This document shows, one piece after another, positions 9,589-21,051 of a stretch of 64,000 nucleotides of DNA. The translations under genes were made by a program, and so were the position numbers. The notes under the pieces were generated by a model. That model was not told the DNA's origin. It searched no databases and saw only the letters and a program-made list of their open reading frames with translations. Positions within the stretch are counted from its first letter, which is position 1, and each line of letters starts with the position of its first letter. Source of the stretch: Trypanosoma brucei (taxonomy: Eukaryota); contig CM000207.1 of NCBI GenBank assembly GCA_000002445.1, positions 2,144,001-2,208,000 on the forward strand. Direction: 5' to 3'.

Positions 9589-10525
9589 CCCGGAACCTTT
9601 CTTTTCTTTTTTTTTATTTTGTTGTTGTTGATGTTGTTGATGTTAAAACAAATCTTTATATTTATTTATATGTTTATATACTTTATCGGTTCGTGTCCCC
9701 CGCCCCCTCGTTACGGGATCTCCTGTGAACACGCACACGTAATCAAACAAACTTCAAGACAAAACAGAGGGAGGAATTGGAGGATGGAATGACAGTTGTT
9801 TATTGTTCCTGTTCCTCCCTTTGTTTTGCGGTATCGTCACAACACCTCTTTCCCTTTTTATGCTTGTACACAAATATATAAATATAAATAAATATATGTG
9901 TCGGTGTTTATTTGTATGTGCAGTACTTTTCCTGCTTTCTGTAGGGAGTGCTTTTTGTGTTTGTTTTCGGGTGGGGGTTTTGTGTCACTGGTGCGGAAGA
10001 AAAAAAAAAAAGAACGATAGTGTGATTGTATGCGTCTGCTTGAAAGTGATTGGAAAATATATAAATTAACCGTTCCACTAGCCAATCACACTTTGAAGCT
10101 AATCTTTTTTTTTTTAAATCGAAAGAAAGGAATAGAAAGCAAAGAAAGAAAATAAATAAATAAAAGTGGGGAGAATTTTTCTTCCACGAAAAAAAAAAAA
10201 GAAACAATTGTATAAACAAACAAACAAACTTCATCCTTCAAAGAAAATTTTAGTAGTAGTAAAGTGTGTAAAAGAAAATTGACCAAAAAGGTTTATTTAT
10301 TTTTCACTTTCTCCCGCTTCCTTCCCCCCCCCCCCCACCCTCCTCTCTCCTTTTCCTGTGTTCCTTTTTTTTTTCTTTTCCTCCCTCTTTTCTCCCTGTA
10401 GTGGGAGGAATTAAGAGGAGGAAAAAAAAACAGAGTGAAATTGCACAAAATTTTCGGTGGTAGCAGGTGGGAAGGAAGAAACACAAAATTAAACAGTGAA
10501 AAGTGGAATAAAAGAGGAAAGGAGC

Positions 10526-10570
10526 ACACACACACACACACACACACATATATAGAGAGAGAGAGAGGGA
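10526..10570. repeat. Compound microsatellite, (CA)12 then (TA)n then (GA)n.
   Basis: cacacacacacacacacacacaca tatata gagagagagagagaggga. Confidence 0.9.
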
Positions 10571-11107
10571 GACAAAATATTATACAGCACAAAAATTAAC
10601 ACCATAATGCTACAGTTTCATCATTATTATGAAAGGCGGTTAGTAACTTGAGTGACATATGCTCATGTTAAATACTTTTTTTTTCATTTTCTCATTACTC
10701 CCCATCTGTTATTATTATTATTATTATTATCATAATTGTCATCACTAATGTTAGCTGCATCTCCCCACGCCCCCCTCCTTTTCCCTTCTCAAGTTATAAC
10801 AATGACAATAATAACACTATGACGCGCAGTGAGAAAATGAGAAGGGAAATACATTAGGCATCGCCGCCTCCTCCACATAAAAGAAAAAAAATCATAAATT
10901 TACACAAGCACAGACATATGGGAACAGAAGAGGCCAACAACAACAAAAAGGGGGGGCATGATAACAATAATATGATAAGGGTAACGAGAATGAAAATTAC
11001 ACGTAGATGTGAATATGCGTGCGCACGCGAGAAAATAATGACAACAATAATAATAGTAATAGTGGTAATAAAGCAAGTAAAGAAGGAAAGACAACATATG
11101 TGGACAC

Positions 11108-12670
11108 TTAACTTGGTTCAACGTATGACCGCCACAGCAACAACACCGCCCACAACCCAACAAGCCCCATAACCGATATATTAAACCACATCGGATACAC
11201 CTGCATCCATGTCACCTCATCAGCCGCCCGAAGTATATCTGCGCCACCGCCCCACGTCTCATTAACATGTGATCGCAACAATTCTCGAATACCATCACGT
11301 AACGTCATGAAAGAGGCCTTTCGCTGCCTTTTACTGTTCGTATTATTCCCTTTTTCTTTTGTTCCGTTAGAAAGGTTCCCACCCTTCGTTAACCGTTCCC
11401 GCTGCTTATCATTCCTCTCTTCCTCCTCTTCCTCCCTCTTCATGTCATCCAACGCATCCTTAGTCACGACACGCATATTAATTACGTCGAGTCTTATGAG
11501 TTGTATAAACAAAGAAACTAACATCGACTCGATATCCTTTTGGGATCCAATTGTAATTTCGACACTCTCAAGTGGATCACAAAAGCGTCTCCCCGGGAGT
11601 TCAGAAGCAAAGACCTTGACAGTGGGAGCAATGTGGATCACCTCCAGTCGGCATGGCACACCATAAAATCGAATGCGTGGAACAAGTAATTGAGATCGCG
11701 GCGCCTTTGCACGGAAAAGCATCAGCACCGGACTACAGCTCACAACAGACATGTGACCATGCTCGCATAAACGGCGGTACAGGAAAGGAAGAAGATCGAA
11801 CATGATATTATAATCCCTACAACGTTTACAGTTATCCGAGTAGTAATACACCAATGCAGGAGGTGTCACCAGAGGGGGAGGTAAGTACGGATATGAGCGG
11901 CGTCTGAAGAATTCTCTGGGCAGCCCAATGTTAGATTTACCGGACTGATTATGCGTCCCCGTCGAGTTTGAAGAGGAAAACAATACCGGTGGTTCTATGT
12001 GTGGTCCAATGAGTCTCTCCAAATCCACCCATGGAATATACGGAGGTCCGACATGACGGTCACGAGCGACAGCCGCTTGTGCTTCCAGCCACCACTCCCT
12101 CACTGCCTGCACATAATGGGCAATTTGTTCCGGCTCACTGTCCTGTTCCTCAAGATTAATGGCGCGCACAATATGTCGCCCCCTCACATTCCATGCGTAG
12201 TATTCAGTGGCCTGTGCAATAATCCCCGGTTTAACCATTAGCCACGGCATATTCTGATACGTTTCCTTCACCCTCTTGGCATACACAGTCCTCACATCTT
12301 CCGTGTCATTTGCAATACCTTCCAAGTTGTTGGTTAATCTTAAAACCTCATCCATTACGAAGTTGTGTGCCTCAGGAAACATACCCACCGTGCGGTTGGC
12401 GCGAATCCATTGCTCCATCTCCAAACGAAGTGACTGTTCATCAAATGACGACCACGGCTTTTGGCAGAGGGCACTGCAAAAAAGGGAAGAAGGCAACATG
12501 CGACGCGCCAATCGGTAATGGAAATGATGCACCAGGGGAAGACTGGGACATTGAGATGTCAAAGTGCTTCTTTTCTCTGGTATGCAGTCCGCAACAACCG
12601 CGCGGGTGACGACAAGAGAAAAAAATGATAAGGTAACTAAAATTATCCAAGTTTTCATATTGCATTGCAT
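11108..12670 (-). CDS. Hypothetical type I membrane protein, 520 aa, with a signal peptide, a C-terminal transmembrane segment, and a possible thioredoxin-like CxxC (CKRC) segment. Start moved to MQCNMKTW.
   Basis: ORF 11108..12856. The first 62 residues (..KVKKVKKKIKKKERG..REEEEEEGGG..) are encoded by a minus-strand polypurine stretch (a (CCT)n tract on the plus strand), so I start at MQCNMKTWIILVTLSFFSLVVTRAVVA, which looks like a signal peptide. The protein has an internal YYYSDNCKRCRDY CxxC box, an acidic stretch (REEEEEERNDKQRER), and a C-terminal hydrophobic segment VMGLVGLWAVLLLW. Confidence 0.75.
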   Translation of the reverse strand: MQCNMKTWIILVTLSFFSLVVTRAVVADCIPEKRSTLTSQCPSLPLVHHFHYRLARRMLPSSLFCSALCQKPWSSFDEQSLRLEMEQWIRANRTVGMFPEAHNFVMDEVLRLTNNLEGIANDTEDVRTVYAKRVKETYQNMPWLMVKPGIIAQATEYYAWNVRGRHIVRAINLEEQDSEPEQIAHYVQAVREWWLEAQAAVARDRHVGPPYIPWVDLERLIGPHIEPPVLFSSSNSTGTHNQSGKSNIGLPREFFRRRSYPYLPPPLVTPPALVYYYSDNCKRCRDYNIMFDLLPFLYRRLCEHGHMSVVSCSPVLMLFRAKAPRSQLLVPRIRFYGVPCRLEVIHIAPTVKVFASELPGRRFCDPLESVEITIGSQKDIESMLVSLFIQLIRLDVINMRVVTKDALDDMKREEEEEERNDKQRERLTKGGNLSNGTKEKGNNTNSKRQRKASFMTLRDGIRELLRSHVNETWGGGADILRAADEVTWMQVYPMWFNISVMGLVGLWAVLLLWRSYVEPS

Positions 12671-12710
12671 TTTTGCGTATTTACTCCTGCTATTTCTTAC
12701 TTTCCCTCCC

Positions 12711-12732
12711 CCCTCCTCCTCCTCCTCCTCCC
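12711..12732. repeat. (CCT)n trinucleotide repeat in intergenic DNA.
   Basis: ccctcctcctcctcctcctcctccc. On the minus strand this is (GAG)n. It explains the spurious poly-Glu N-terminal extension of the 11108..12856 ORF. Confidence 0.9.
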
Positions 12733-13622
12733 TTTTATTCTTCCTTGTATAATTGATGGTGTCGCCCCTTTCTTTTTTTTTTATTTTCTTTTTTACTTTT
12801 TTCACCTTCCTACTTCTTTCCCCTTCTACTACGCCGCTACACGGGCCACCAAACACCTAAGGCAGGAAGAGGTTAATGTTCAAGGGAATGAAAATTCAAA
12901 CGCAAAAGGAAGATAATAAGAAGAGAGAAAAATACAACAAGTGTAAATGTGCGAAAACAGAAAAAACGGTCATATGGAAGAATATATATATATATACGTG
13001 CATATATATAATATTTTTGTATGCGCCCTATGTAGTGACAGGCACTCTGCGTCACTGTTGCTGCGAAACACAGTGGCGGAAGAAGAAAATGCAACACATA
13101 AACATAAGAGGCGGGAACAGTAATGTATGAGTCGCTAAACAAAAAAAAAATAATAATAATAATGAAATGGTAGCGAGAAGAGGCAGCGAAGTGAGGTCCC
13201 CGGGTCAACTCTCCCGCTTATTCCTTTTCTTCATCATCTTGCCAAATTATAAATGAACACATAAAAATGTTCCCACCCCTTCACTATGTAGTAGCTAATG
13301 CAGTTTCCCCTTTCCTTGTAATTTTTTTCTTTGGTTTTACTTTTTCCCCTCCCCGCTTGTCTGCCTTCCACATGCAACGGGACACCATAACAGATCAAAA
13401 ATTAAGGAAAAAAAAATGCCGCAACACCTGAGGAACGTGGCGGCCCAACGCTAACGTCACCAACTAACCACATCAACAATAAGTTCACACATTTCACATC
13501 CCCATGATTTACAGACGGCAAAAATACAAAACAAGGTAACCTGAAAAATTAGTGAACAAAACAAAAGGAGTTAAGTGCACAACAATCAAACAAAGTCACA
13601 GAGTGCAGGTGTAAGAAAACAC

Positions 13623-14258
13623 CTACTGCAACCCTGAAGTGCGATATAGTGCCAACATGATCATTCCACATGGCCTATCGCACAACGCTGACATAAGTGA
13701 CTCGGCCCCAGCTTCTGAACGAACATTTTTCCCACGGAAAACCAAACACCACGTCCGATCACCGATTAAACCCACTTTTGCCATAACTTGGCTGGTGAGC
13801 GCAAGCGCAACATCTGCCTGGTGACTTGTATGATCCCCCATGTCTTCCATGGCCCTGTAATGAGTCCTACGTGGCGGTACGGTAAATGTGAAAAGATAAC
13901 TCCTCCCGGTGTCCCCACAAGTGACGTTAACCTCCACCTGCTGCAAAACACCGGAACCACCCGTAATGCTATCGTCTGCAACGTCACTAAACATCTGCTG
14001 CCTGCAAGTGAGTCGCTTCTTCGTCTCCTCATGTGCATCGGCCAATGCGTGAACGGCGTTGCACCATAAGTTGAACCGACGAGACGCGCCCTCCGTTCCT
14101 CCCAAAGAACTCCGCACAACACAATCACCTGGAGGCACCACGCCACAGGAACTAGGAAAGACGCTCAGCTGCATCACTTCACATTCTGATGTGAGTGAAT
14201 CATCACGCCGGCGCTTCGCTCTGCCATGGAAGGTGGGGATTTGACTTCCAGTTGCCAT
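13623..14258 (-). CDS. Hypothetical protein, 211 aa.
   Basis: Longest minus-strand ORF in this gap, co-oriented with the transcription unit. No recognisable domain. A shorter overlapping ORF in another frame (13766..14146) makes this assignment uncertain. Confidence 0.45.
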   Translation of the reverse strand: MATGSQIPTFHGRAKRRRDDSLTSECEVMQLSVFPSSCGVVPPGDCVVRSSLGGTEGASRRFNLWCNAVHALADAHEETKKRLTCRQQMFSDVADDSITGGSGVLQQVEVNVTCGDTGRSYLFTFTVPPRRTHYRAMEDMGDHTSHQADVALALTSQVMAKVGLIGDRTWCLVFRGKNVRSEAGAESLMSALCDRPCGMIMLALYRTSGLQ

Positions 14259-15780
14259 GAAAAATAATTACCACAACTGCAACTTCACCCTCTCCCCTCT
14301 TCTTTTCCCCTCTGACTTTTTCTTCTTACTTATTTTTACTTCCTTTTTTTTTTTGTTAATTATTAATATTTTCTTTTTCTTCTGCCTTCTTCCCTCGTCT
14401 AACTGTCGCGCCTTCCACAACTACTGCTGCCGCTGTAACCAACAGCAATCTAGCAGATGGATGGCTGTGAATGGGAATGGGAAGAAAGGAGAAACGGTGG
14501 CTTTACCGGCTATGTAACAGAAATTTTTCTTTAAAAAAAAAAAACAATGCACAAAAATGTTATGAGTATCCGTAACTATGGACCCAGTGCATAAATGCAC
14601 CAGTTACGTTGAGGATGGCGAGTTACCCCACTTTTCTTTTGCTTTTTTTTTTTTGATGATCAAATGATTGAACGATTGTTCACCGTCGATCCCCCCTCGC
14701 AATTGAAGAGCGACACCAAAAGGAGTGTAACCTCCCTCTAATGTGTAATAAACCTAAAGTTAAAAAAAAATTTTAAAAAAAGACAAAGGACAGCAAGAGA
14801 ATAATTATTTAAAGGTGTATAATGGAAAGGGAGGAAACGGCATGATTAAAGAGGAAAAAAAAACGGCAGCAGTACCCAATAATATAAATTGATTTATTGA
14901 TATATAAACGCCTTCAGTCTTGACGTCCAAGGCGGTAATAAATAAAGATAAGAGAACGAAAAGGAAATAAAAAGGAGTGGAAGGAAAGGCGTCGTCACGC
15001 CCACAGATATGTATGTTATTGCATATGGGCATCAGAAAACACACACGCACACACACACAAACAAACAAACAAATAGACTACTACAAATGCCATCAAAGTG
15101 GTGGCATTGTAAAGCGAGACAAAATCAATAAAAGAAATATGTCTAAACAAAACAAAGTAAAAATAAATAAGATGTGGATGAGAAACCCTCCTACAGCAAG
15201 AGGAAAGAGGTGAATGAAAAGAAGCATATGCATACGCTGCTAAAAAATTGCAACATATTCAAACCTTCATTCCACATCCTCCTAAACACTTGGTCGCCAA
15301 CACCCTAACGTGATAATATTTCCCCTCTCCCCCTTTAGATCTACTCTTTCCTCATCTTCATTCCATTTCTTTTTTCTTTTCCTTCTCTCTTCTTCTTTTA
15401 AAGCTCCCCCATTATCAAGCACTTTCCTTTTCCTTTGTTGTTATCCTACTCCACTAGAATTGAACAAATAACGGTTTTACATACGAGACGAGGTACATAT
15501 ATATATATATATATACGCCAACGATGGCGGTTCTCATAGCGATAGCCATAATGGCCTGTTAGCGTTAATCATGATAATTGACGTGGCTAAGATTACCATC
15601 AAAACCAGGGATACATACGCACGTAATTTTGTTCCTTTTTTGCTTTTACCTTCCCCCTTTGCTCCCATAATACCAGCACCCCTGCATCATTCCTGTAAGT
15701 GCGGATGAAAAGGCGGAGGAAAAAAGGAAATAAAAAAAAAATTAAACATTTAGCGTGAGAACAGTAGGATTAAGATTCAT

Positions 15781-15802
15781 CATCATCATCATCATCATCA
15801 CA
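15781..15802. repeat. (ATC)7 trinucleotide repeat.
   Basis: catcatcatcatcatcatcatca. Confidence 0.9.
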
Positions 15803-16124
15803 CGCTAACAAATTCCAAACTCTCACCATCACTCTTGCTTTCCCCCCCCCCTTTCTTCCTCCCTTTACACCTTCATCACTCTTTCACTACTACAACTTCC
15901 ATGTATGTTCATCCTATCTTTTTTTCCGGTACCCCCTTCTATTAAATGCCAATAAAGATACATATGCACCAACATGGCCACGCAAACATGCGCGTACACT
16001 TAACCATTACGAAAAGGAAAAGGAAGAAAATGGAGAAATATCTTGCTCACACAGACACACACACACAAAAAAAAAAAAGAAAAAAAATCATGCACGCATA
16101 TCCTGAAGAACTGCATCGCTTTCC

Positions 16125-17018
16125 CTATAGTTTTCCCAAATATATCGTCTTATCATCCACCCAGCGGTACGGCGGTACCTCCAAGTTAAGAGGGGCGGGA
16201 CCTTGACGAATACGACCTGAAGCGTCGTAATGACTGCCGTGACACGGACAGAAGAAGCCACCAAAGAGACCCTCGTTAGGAATGGGAATGCACCCGAGAT
16301 GAGTGCAAATAGCGATGACAACAGCCATTTCACGATGGTCAGGGAAGCGGGCCTCGTCCGTTTCGGGATGCTTCAGTGCACTGAGTGGAGTCCCCAGCAC
16401 ATCATTCATTTGGCGCTCTGAGCGGCGATAAACAAACACGGGTTTGCCCCGCCATACTACAGTCTTGCATTCACGGTCCTCTAGCTCACCCACCTCAGCC
16501 TCAATGTTCATTTGACCAACCATGGACATGGCCGGCTGTCCAACGTACCACAGCGGCAACACGGCATACCGCACCATAAGAATAACAAATCCCAACAATG
16601 CAGAATTCAGCGCATAGTCTGTGACGCGCGCACGGTCCTCTAATTCATTAGGCAACTTCGGTTTCAATATGTACTTGCGGAAAAACTCCTCGTCCCACAT
16701 GGAAGCGTCGTAATCCTTGAGAGCGACGCCGGCTGTGGCCTCAATGCGTCCCTCACGAGATCCCTCCGGATATGTGTTGAGAACAACCTCAGAAGAGGTA
16801 TCCACTGAACACAACGTTGGGTCGGAGTATTTGGCGTATCGGCCGTACTTGTCTGCCATCTCCTTCGATACGGGTGGTTTTAGAAATTCGTCGGACCATG
16901 AATTCACGGGTCTGTCCTTTACAGTTAATGGGTTGGAACCTTCAAGTTGCTTAAAGACCAGCGATACGCGAAGGAATGCCGTGGGTTGGAAAGCTGATAT
17001 GCAGGACCTGCGGAACAT
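16125..17018 (-). CDS. RISP: Rieske iron-sulfur protein of the cytochrome bc1 complex, mitochondrial precursor, 297 aa.
   Basis: Both 2Fe-2S ligand boxes are present in canonical spacing: CTHLGC and CPCHGSHYD. The Rieske C-terminus matches (GRIRQGPAPLNLEVPPYRW). The N-terminal presequence MFRRSCISAFQPTAFLRVSL is basic and hydroxylated. A hydrophobic anchor LLGFVILMVRYAVLPLW is present. Confidence 0.95.
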   Translation of the reverse strand: MFRRSCISAFQPTAFLRVSLVFKQLEGSNPLTVKDRPVNSWSDEFLKPPVSKEMADKYGRYAKYSDPTLCSVDTSSEVVLNTYPEGSREGRIEATAGVALKDYDASMWDEEFFRKYILKPKLPNELEDRARVTDYALNSALLGFVILMVRYAVLPLWYVGQPAMSMVGQMNIEAEVGELEDRECKTVVWRGKPVFVYRRSERQMNDVLGTPLSALKHPETDEARFPDHREMAVVIAICTHLGCIPIPNEGLFGGFFCPCHGSHYDASGRIRQGPAPLNLEVPPYRWVDDKTIYLGKL

Positions 17019-17230
17019 TTAAAGTGCTTGTAGTTTCTTTTTCTCTCTCCCTCTCTTAGAGCGTATATATTTGCCGCCGTCTGGAGAATACAACTGGTAC
17101 GGGGTTCACCTCACACGTTAACGGAAACAAATGGTAACACTGCAAGGAAACCAATTTCCCTTTTTGTGAGTAATAATAGATAATACCACTGATTGCTTTG
17201 TACGCGCATCGTAATAGAAGTAGGTGGATT

Positions 17231-17268
17231 GAAAAGAAGAAAGTAAAAAAGAAAAGAAAGAGAAAAAA
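17231..17268 (-). promoter_or_regulatory. Polypyrimidine tract upstream of the Rieske gene.
   Basis: Plus strand gaaaagaagaaagtaaaaaagaaaagaaagagaaaaaa is a pure polyY tract on the minus strand, about 210-250 nt upstream of the ATG at 17018. Confidence 0.4.
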
Positions 17269-17708
17269 TTAACAAATATATAAACATATTTGCTCCCACA
17301 GCTGTGTAGACACTAAACGAGCAAATATACGGAAGGAATTATACTTATCAACAAGGAGCTCATGCGGATAAAAAAAATTCGCGCACGAAAGGGACAACTT
17401 TGAGAGAACCAAGGGGTCCCACACACCAGCAACACATAACGGAGCAAACGCTCCAGCCTTCACAATAACTGGTTATCGCTATTGTAAATCAACAGCAAAT
17501 AGAAAACCAAATATATAAATATACACACAACTAGAAAGGAGAAACACAAAAGGGGAGCGACGATGACAGCAACACTCGCATCCACCCCTCATACATTCAA
17601 CAACTCGATTCGAATAGATTCGCCTCCGTGAGGGCTCCACTTTCTCAAAGCAAACTCCTACAAAACACACATGCAAAAGCAAAAAAAAAAAACATCCACC
17701 AGATGAAG

Positions 17709-19676
17709 TTACACAGCACTCACTGAGGGATACATCGGCAACCCAACCATGAAAGCAGCACGACGTGTGCTCCCATTTGTTGTTGCCACAATAACAGGTG
17801 TGCGTGCCCGGGAGGAGCGCAAGCGGGATGACTTAAAAAGCACTGGGGGACCAGTGCCGTCACCATCGCATATGTTTCTTTCGTTATGGTCACTATGATG
17901 TTTGAGAAAACTCGAGCTTTGACTGTTGTTGCTTCCCCACTTTTCCTCCGTCATGGCTTCAACGACACCTGAAACTAAAAGGTCCAATTCGCCCTGTCCC
18001 TTGACGGATGCCGATTCGCCTGTTAGTCGCCCATTTGTTACAGAGACAATCTTTTCCAATTGCTTTGCAACGAGCACACTCGCATAATGGGCATCACTCA
18101 ACAATGGGGGGTTGGAGCAACTTGGCTCAACCCGCGCAGAATCAGGAGCCAAGAAGAATCTTTCTTGACTTTCCTCCAATAGAGCCACTTCATCCTGGAG
18201 GCCAAGCAGAGTAACACCACCACAGTGCTCCTTCATGGATATTGAATAGGGGCTCAGCAGACGGTTACTCTCCAGTGCCGTTTGTTTAGTGGTGGTGTTA
18301 TGCATCAATGCCAGAAGCACACGACGTGAGTGGAAACGCCGAGAGCCCTGATCCTCCAGCGCAGAATGGGCGATGTCGAGGAGGACAGAGTACGGTACAA
18401 CAACCTCGCGATGTTTTGCAAGCTGTAGCAGGCGGTTAAAGTGTTGAAGAACGAAACAAGAGTCGGGTACCACAATGTCGTGATGAAGTCGGCGGCGAAT
18501 AATAAATTCAACGCGCTCTGCTGCACCTTCAATATCTGTACCACCAAACACTTCACCGTTTGGGTCCGTCCATCGAGACGCACCTAGCCTATTCTCCTCG
18601 GGTTCCTTGCTTCTTCGTTGGCCAACTCGGGAATCGGTCCTCGCCCTCATGCTGTAACGCCGCGGTAGAACGTCGTGAGCCTCGCCAGGGAGAACCAACG
18701 TGGCCGCAGCCCGACGTATAAAAAGTGCATCCCACGATGCTGTGACGCAATGCATAAACTTCAATGGTTGTTTACATAGCGGCCGCATGGACTCGGTGAG
18801 GGCCTCAAGAGAGGCAAGCTTCTTCTCTTGTATGCTACTCAAACCCTCACTACCAGCAAAACGACCAAAGTCTTCAAACAACAGTCGTTCTCGAGCCAAC
18901 TCGCTTGTGGGTGTCGTGAAGACCAGCGGGTGGTTCAGCACCGCACGACCAAGGTCTATAAGAGGCTCAATTTCAACCTCAGATGCGAGACGGACGTCTT
19001 CCACCACGCGACGCATCTGCGAAAGAAGATAATAAAGACCCAGCTGACCACCTAATCGCTGCGTGGTGCGTAGTAGCTGTATATTTTGTTGAAACTGAAT
19101 GCGGAACTGCTCTGCTTCCGATAGCTGTGTCAGTTCCAAGCCTGCTATTGAATAAATCCCTGCAGCACCACCTTTAGTGGGAAACCATGTCCTGACAACA
19201 CTGTCACCGCCGCACGAAGTGTCCAAACTACACTGTGCCACGGCAGCCTCAATACCAACATCACCAACACAGTCCCCACGCTCAGCTGCTATAATTTCAG
19301 CCACAATCATACTTTGATGTACGCGGTGGGGTTGCTGACGCAGTGCCAATAAAGCAAGTTCATCACTAGAAAGCCCCTGCAGCGACTTGGGGCTTAAACC
19401 CGCCGATGCCGAAGGGAGGCGTCGCAACTTTCGGGGATGCCACTCCATCGCGTGTCCACAACGGTTCAACAGCCCGTGGACGCGAAGGGCCTCAGACGCT
19501 TTGCGATGCAGTAAACAAACCCGCATGCATTCGCTTACCGCCTCGTGAAAAAGCCCAACATCGCACGTGCTACGACTGGGCCCAAGGAGGGTGTAAACAA
19601 CTTGAAGGGCAGCCTCCCACGGCGTCATCGTATCGCTGCATGCGGCTCTGAAGAGGCCTTTAATCCGCCCATCCAT
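17709..19676 (-). CDS. Hypothetical protein, 655 aa.
   Basis: A 1968-nt open frame on the transcribed strand with no recognisable motif. The real start could instead be MTPWEAAL, 16 codons in. Confidence 0.75.
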   Translation of the reverse strand: MDGRIKGLFRAACSDTMTPWEAALQVVYTLLGPSRSTCDVGLFHEAVSECMRVCLLHRKASEALRVHGLLNRCGHAMEWHPRKLRRLPSASAGLSPKSLQGLSSDELALLALRQQPHRVHQSMIVAEIIAAERGDCVGDVGIEAAVAQCSLDTSCGGDSVVRTWFPTKGGAAGIYSIAGLELTQLSEAEQFRIQFQQNIQLLRTTQRLGGQLGLYYLLSQMRRVVEDVRLASEVEIEPLIDLGRAVLNHPLVFTTPTSELARERLLFEDFGRFAGSEGLSSIQEKKLASLEALTESMRPLCKQPLKFMHCVTASWDALFIRRAAATLVLPGEAHDVLPRRYSMRARTDSRVGQRRSKEPEENRLGASRWTDPNGEVFGGTDIEGAAERVEFIIRRRLHHDIVVPDSCFVLQHFNRLLQLAKHREVVVPYSVLLDIAHSALEDQGSRRFHSRRVLLALMHNTTTKQTALESNRLLSPYSISMKEHCGGVTLLGLQDEVALLEESQERFFLAPDSARVEPSCSNPPLLSDAHYASVLVAKQLEKIVSVTNGRLTGESASVKGQGELDLLVSGVVEAMTEEKWGSNNSQSSSFLKHHSDHNERNICDGDGTGPPVLFKSSRLRSSRARTPVIVATTNGSTRRAAFMVGLPMYPSVSAV

Positions 19677-20049
19677 TCCGTAGGAGTGATATGTATTCCA
19701 CCCTCACCTCGCTGCAAGAACCGGTGGACAGGATTGAGAAATAAAAAAAAAACAAAGGAACAAAAAGATGAAACTTGCCGCACTCATGTCGATACCACAC
19801 ACATAAAATAGCAAAACAAATACAACAACAAAACACACACTCGAAATGCAAATTAAAAAGAAGAGAGTTGGGAGACGCCCAGAAACCGGGAGGGAGAACA
19901 AAGAAACCTCCCTCCAATAACGGAACGCACACTCCCCATTACGAGTGAGCAAAAACTCACAAACGAACGGAGTGCGAGTTGAAAGGGGGGTATTGTTCGC
20001 GACAACTTCGGCTTGTACGGGAGCCTTGACGCGAATACCGGGCGCTCCT

Positions 20050-21051
20050 TCAATCAGTTAAAACACAAAGTGGAGAGGAAACGAACAGCTGATCCGCCGA
20101 TGTCACGGAAAACGTGTCATTGAACTTCGGACTCCACAACTTGCGTGGCCACTTCCTCTTCGCGGAGCGATCAGGGGCCTTCACAGCTTTTAGCCCCCTC
20201 CGCACACGAATCGTAGCGGTCACCTCGTAGCGCTCTCGCGACGCCCAAGCTAAGAGTAACTCCACAGGACACACCTTCTCAATCCACTGCTGCACAAGCT
20301 TCCGGGCTATCGCCTCACTCACTGTTGAGGGCCGCCAGACGGTAACGCCCTTCACTCCACCTTCTGTTGCCGCACTGTAAACAAATGTGGCGCCGACGTC
20401 TCCATCACGACCGCTACCAGCCAAACTACTGTAAGTATTCCCACCAGTCCCTTCTATTCTTCCATACCTTTCCCACGCGTCCAATACAGGGGTCTTTAGT
20501 GTGGCAAGTATAAACATGAGCAGAACCACTAGAAAATTTCTTTCGCCAAGCCGCCTAGACGCCCTGCGCTTCACCTTAAATCTTATCTCAAACATGTCGT
20601 TATGCCCCTGCGGCAAAAATGGCTCCGTCCATGAAAATTTTTCACAGAGAGTTTCGGTGGCATGAATGCGGCACGCTGCGTGGTAAAGCACCTTAGCTGA
20701 CGCGCAGTGCACGAGACGGAGTGCGACTTCTGACAATGAGAACAGCTCCGATGATTCCCACCTATTTAAAACCTCTTCACCATGGGTATCGTAAACATAT
20801 CTCAATTTCCCATCCATTAACACTTCGTAAGAGCGGGCGACGGCGCAGAATGCCTCTCTTGCCCTCGGGTTATTTGGGTTCTTATCGGGATGAAGCTGAA
20901 GAACTAAACTATGGTAGCTGCGTCGAATGGTTCTCTCATCCGCATCTTTGGGAACTTGCAACACCTCGTAGTACTTGCTGCGGTTCTCGAGAATCCAATT
21001 GATGCGAGTGTCATCCATCACTAGAAAACGATGAGTTTGTGTACAAGTCAC
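20050..21051 (-). CDS. J-domain (DnaJ-like) co-chaperone with a downstream transmembrane segment, 333 aa. The start may be the ATG at 21018 (MDDTRINW).
   Basis: J domain with the HPD tripeptide: YYEVLQVPKDADERTIRRSYHSLVLQLHPDKNPNNPRAREAFCAVARSYEVLMDGKLRYVYDTHGEE. Hydrophobic stretch NFLVVLLMFILATLKTPVL. Confidence 0.85.
   Translation of the reverse strand: MTCTQTHRFLVMDDTRINWILENRSKYYEVLQVPKDADERTIRRSYHSLVLQLHPDKNPNNPRAREAFCAVARSYEVLMDGKLRYVYDTHGEEVLNRWESSELFSLSEVALRLVHCASAKVLYHAACRIHATETLCEKFSWTEPFLPQGHNDMFEIRFKVKRRASRRLGERNFLVVLLMFILATLKTPVLDAWERYGRIEGTGGNTYSSLAGSGRDGDVGATFVYSAATEGGVKGVTVWRPSTVSEAIARKLVQQWIEKVCPVELLLAWASRERYEVTATIRVRRGLKAVKAPDRSAKRKWPRKLWSPKFNDTFSVTSADQLFVSSPLCVLTD

Noticed and set aside
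15481-15600. Possible C/D-box snoRNA in the Rieske 3' flank, noticed because of a tgataa and ctga-like arrangement near a (TA)n repeat.
   Set aside because: The boxes are imperfect and short. Without a methylation-guide match or covariation evidence this cannot be distinguished from chance. It is flagged only as a region for small-RNA-seq inspection.
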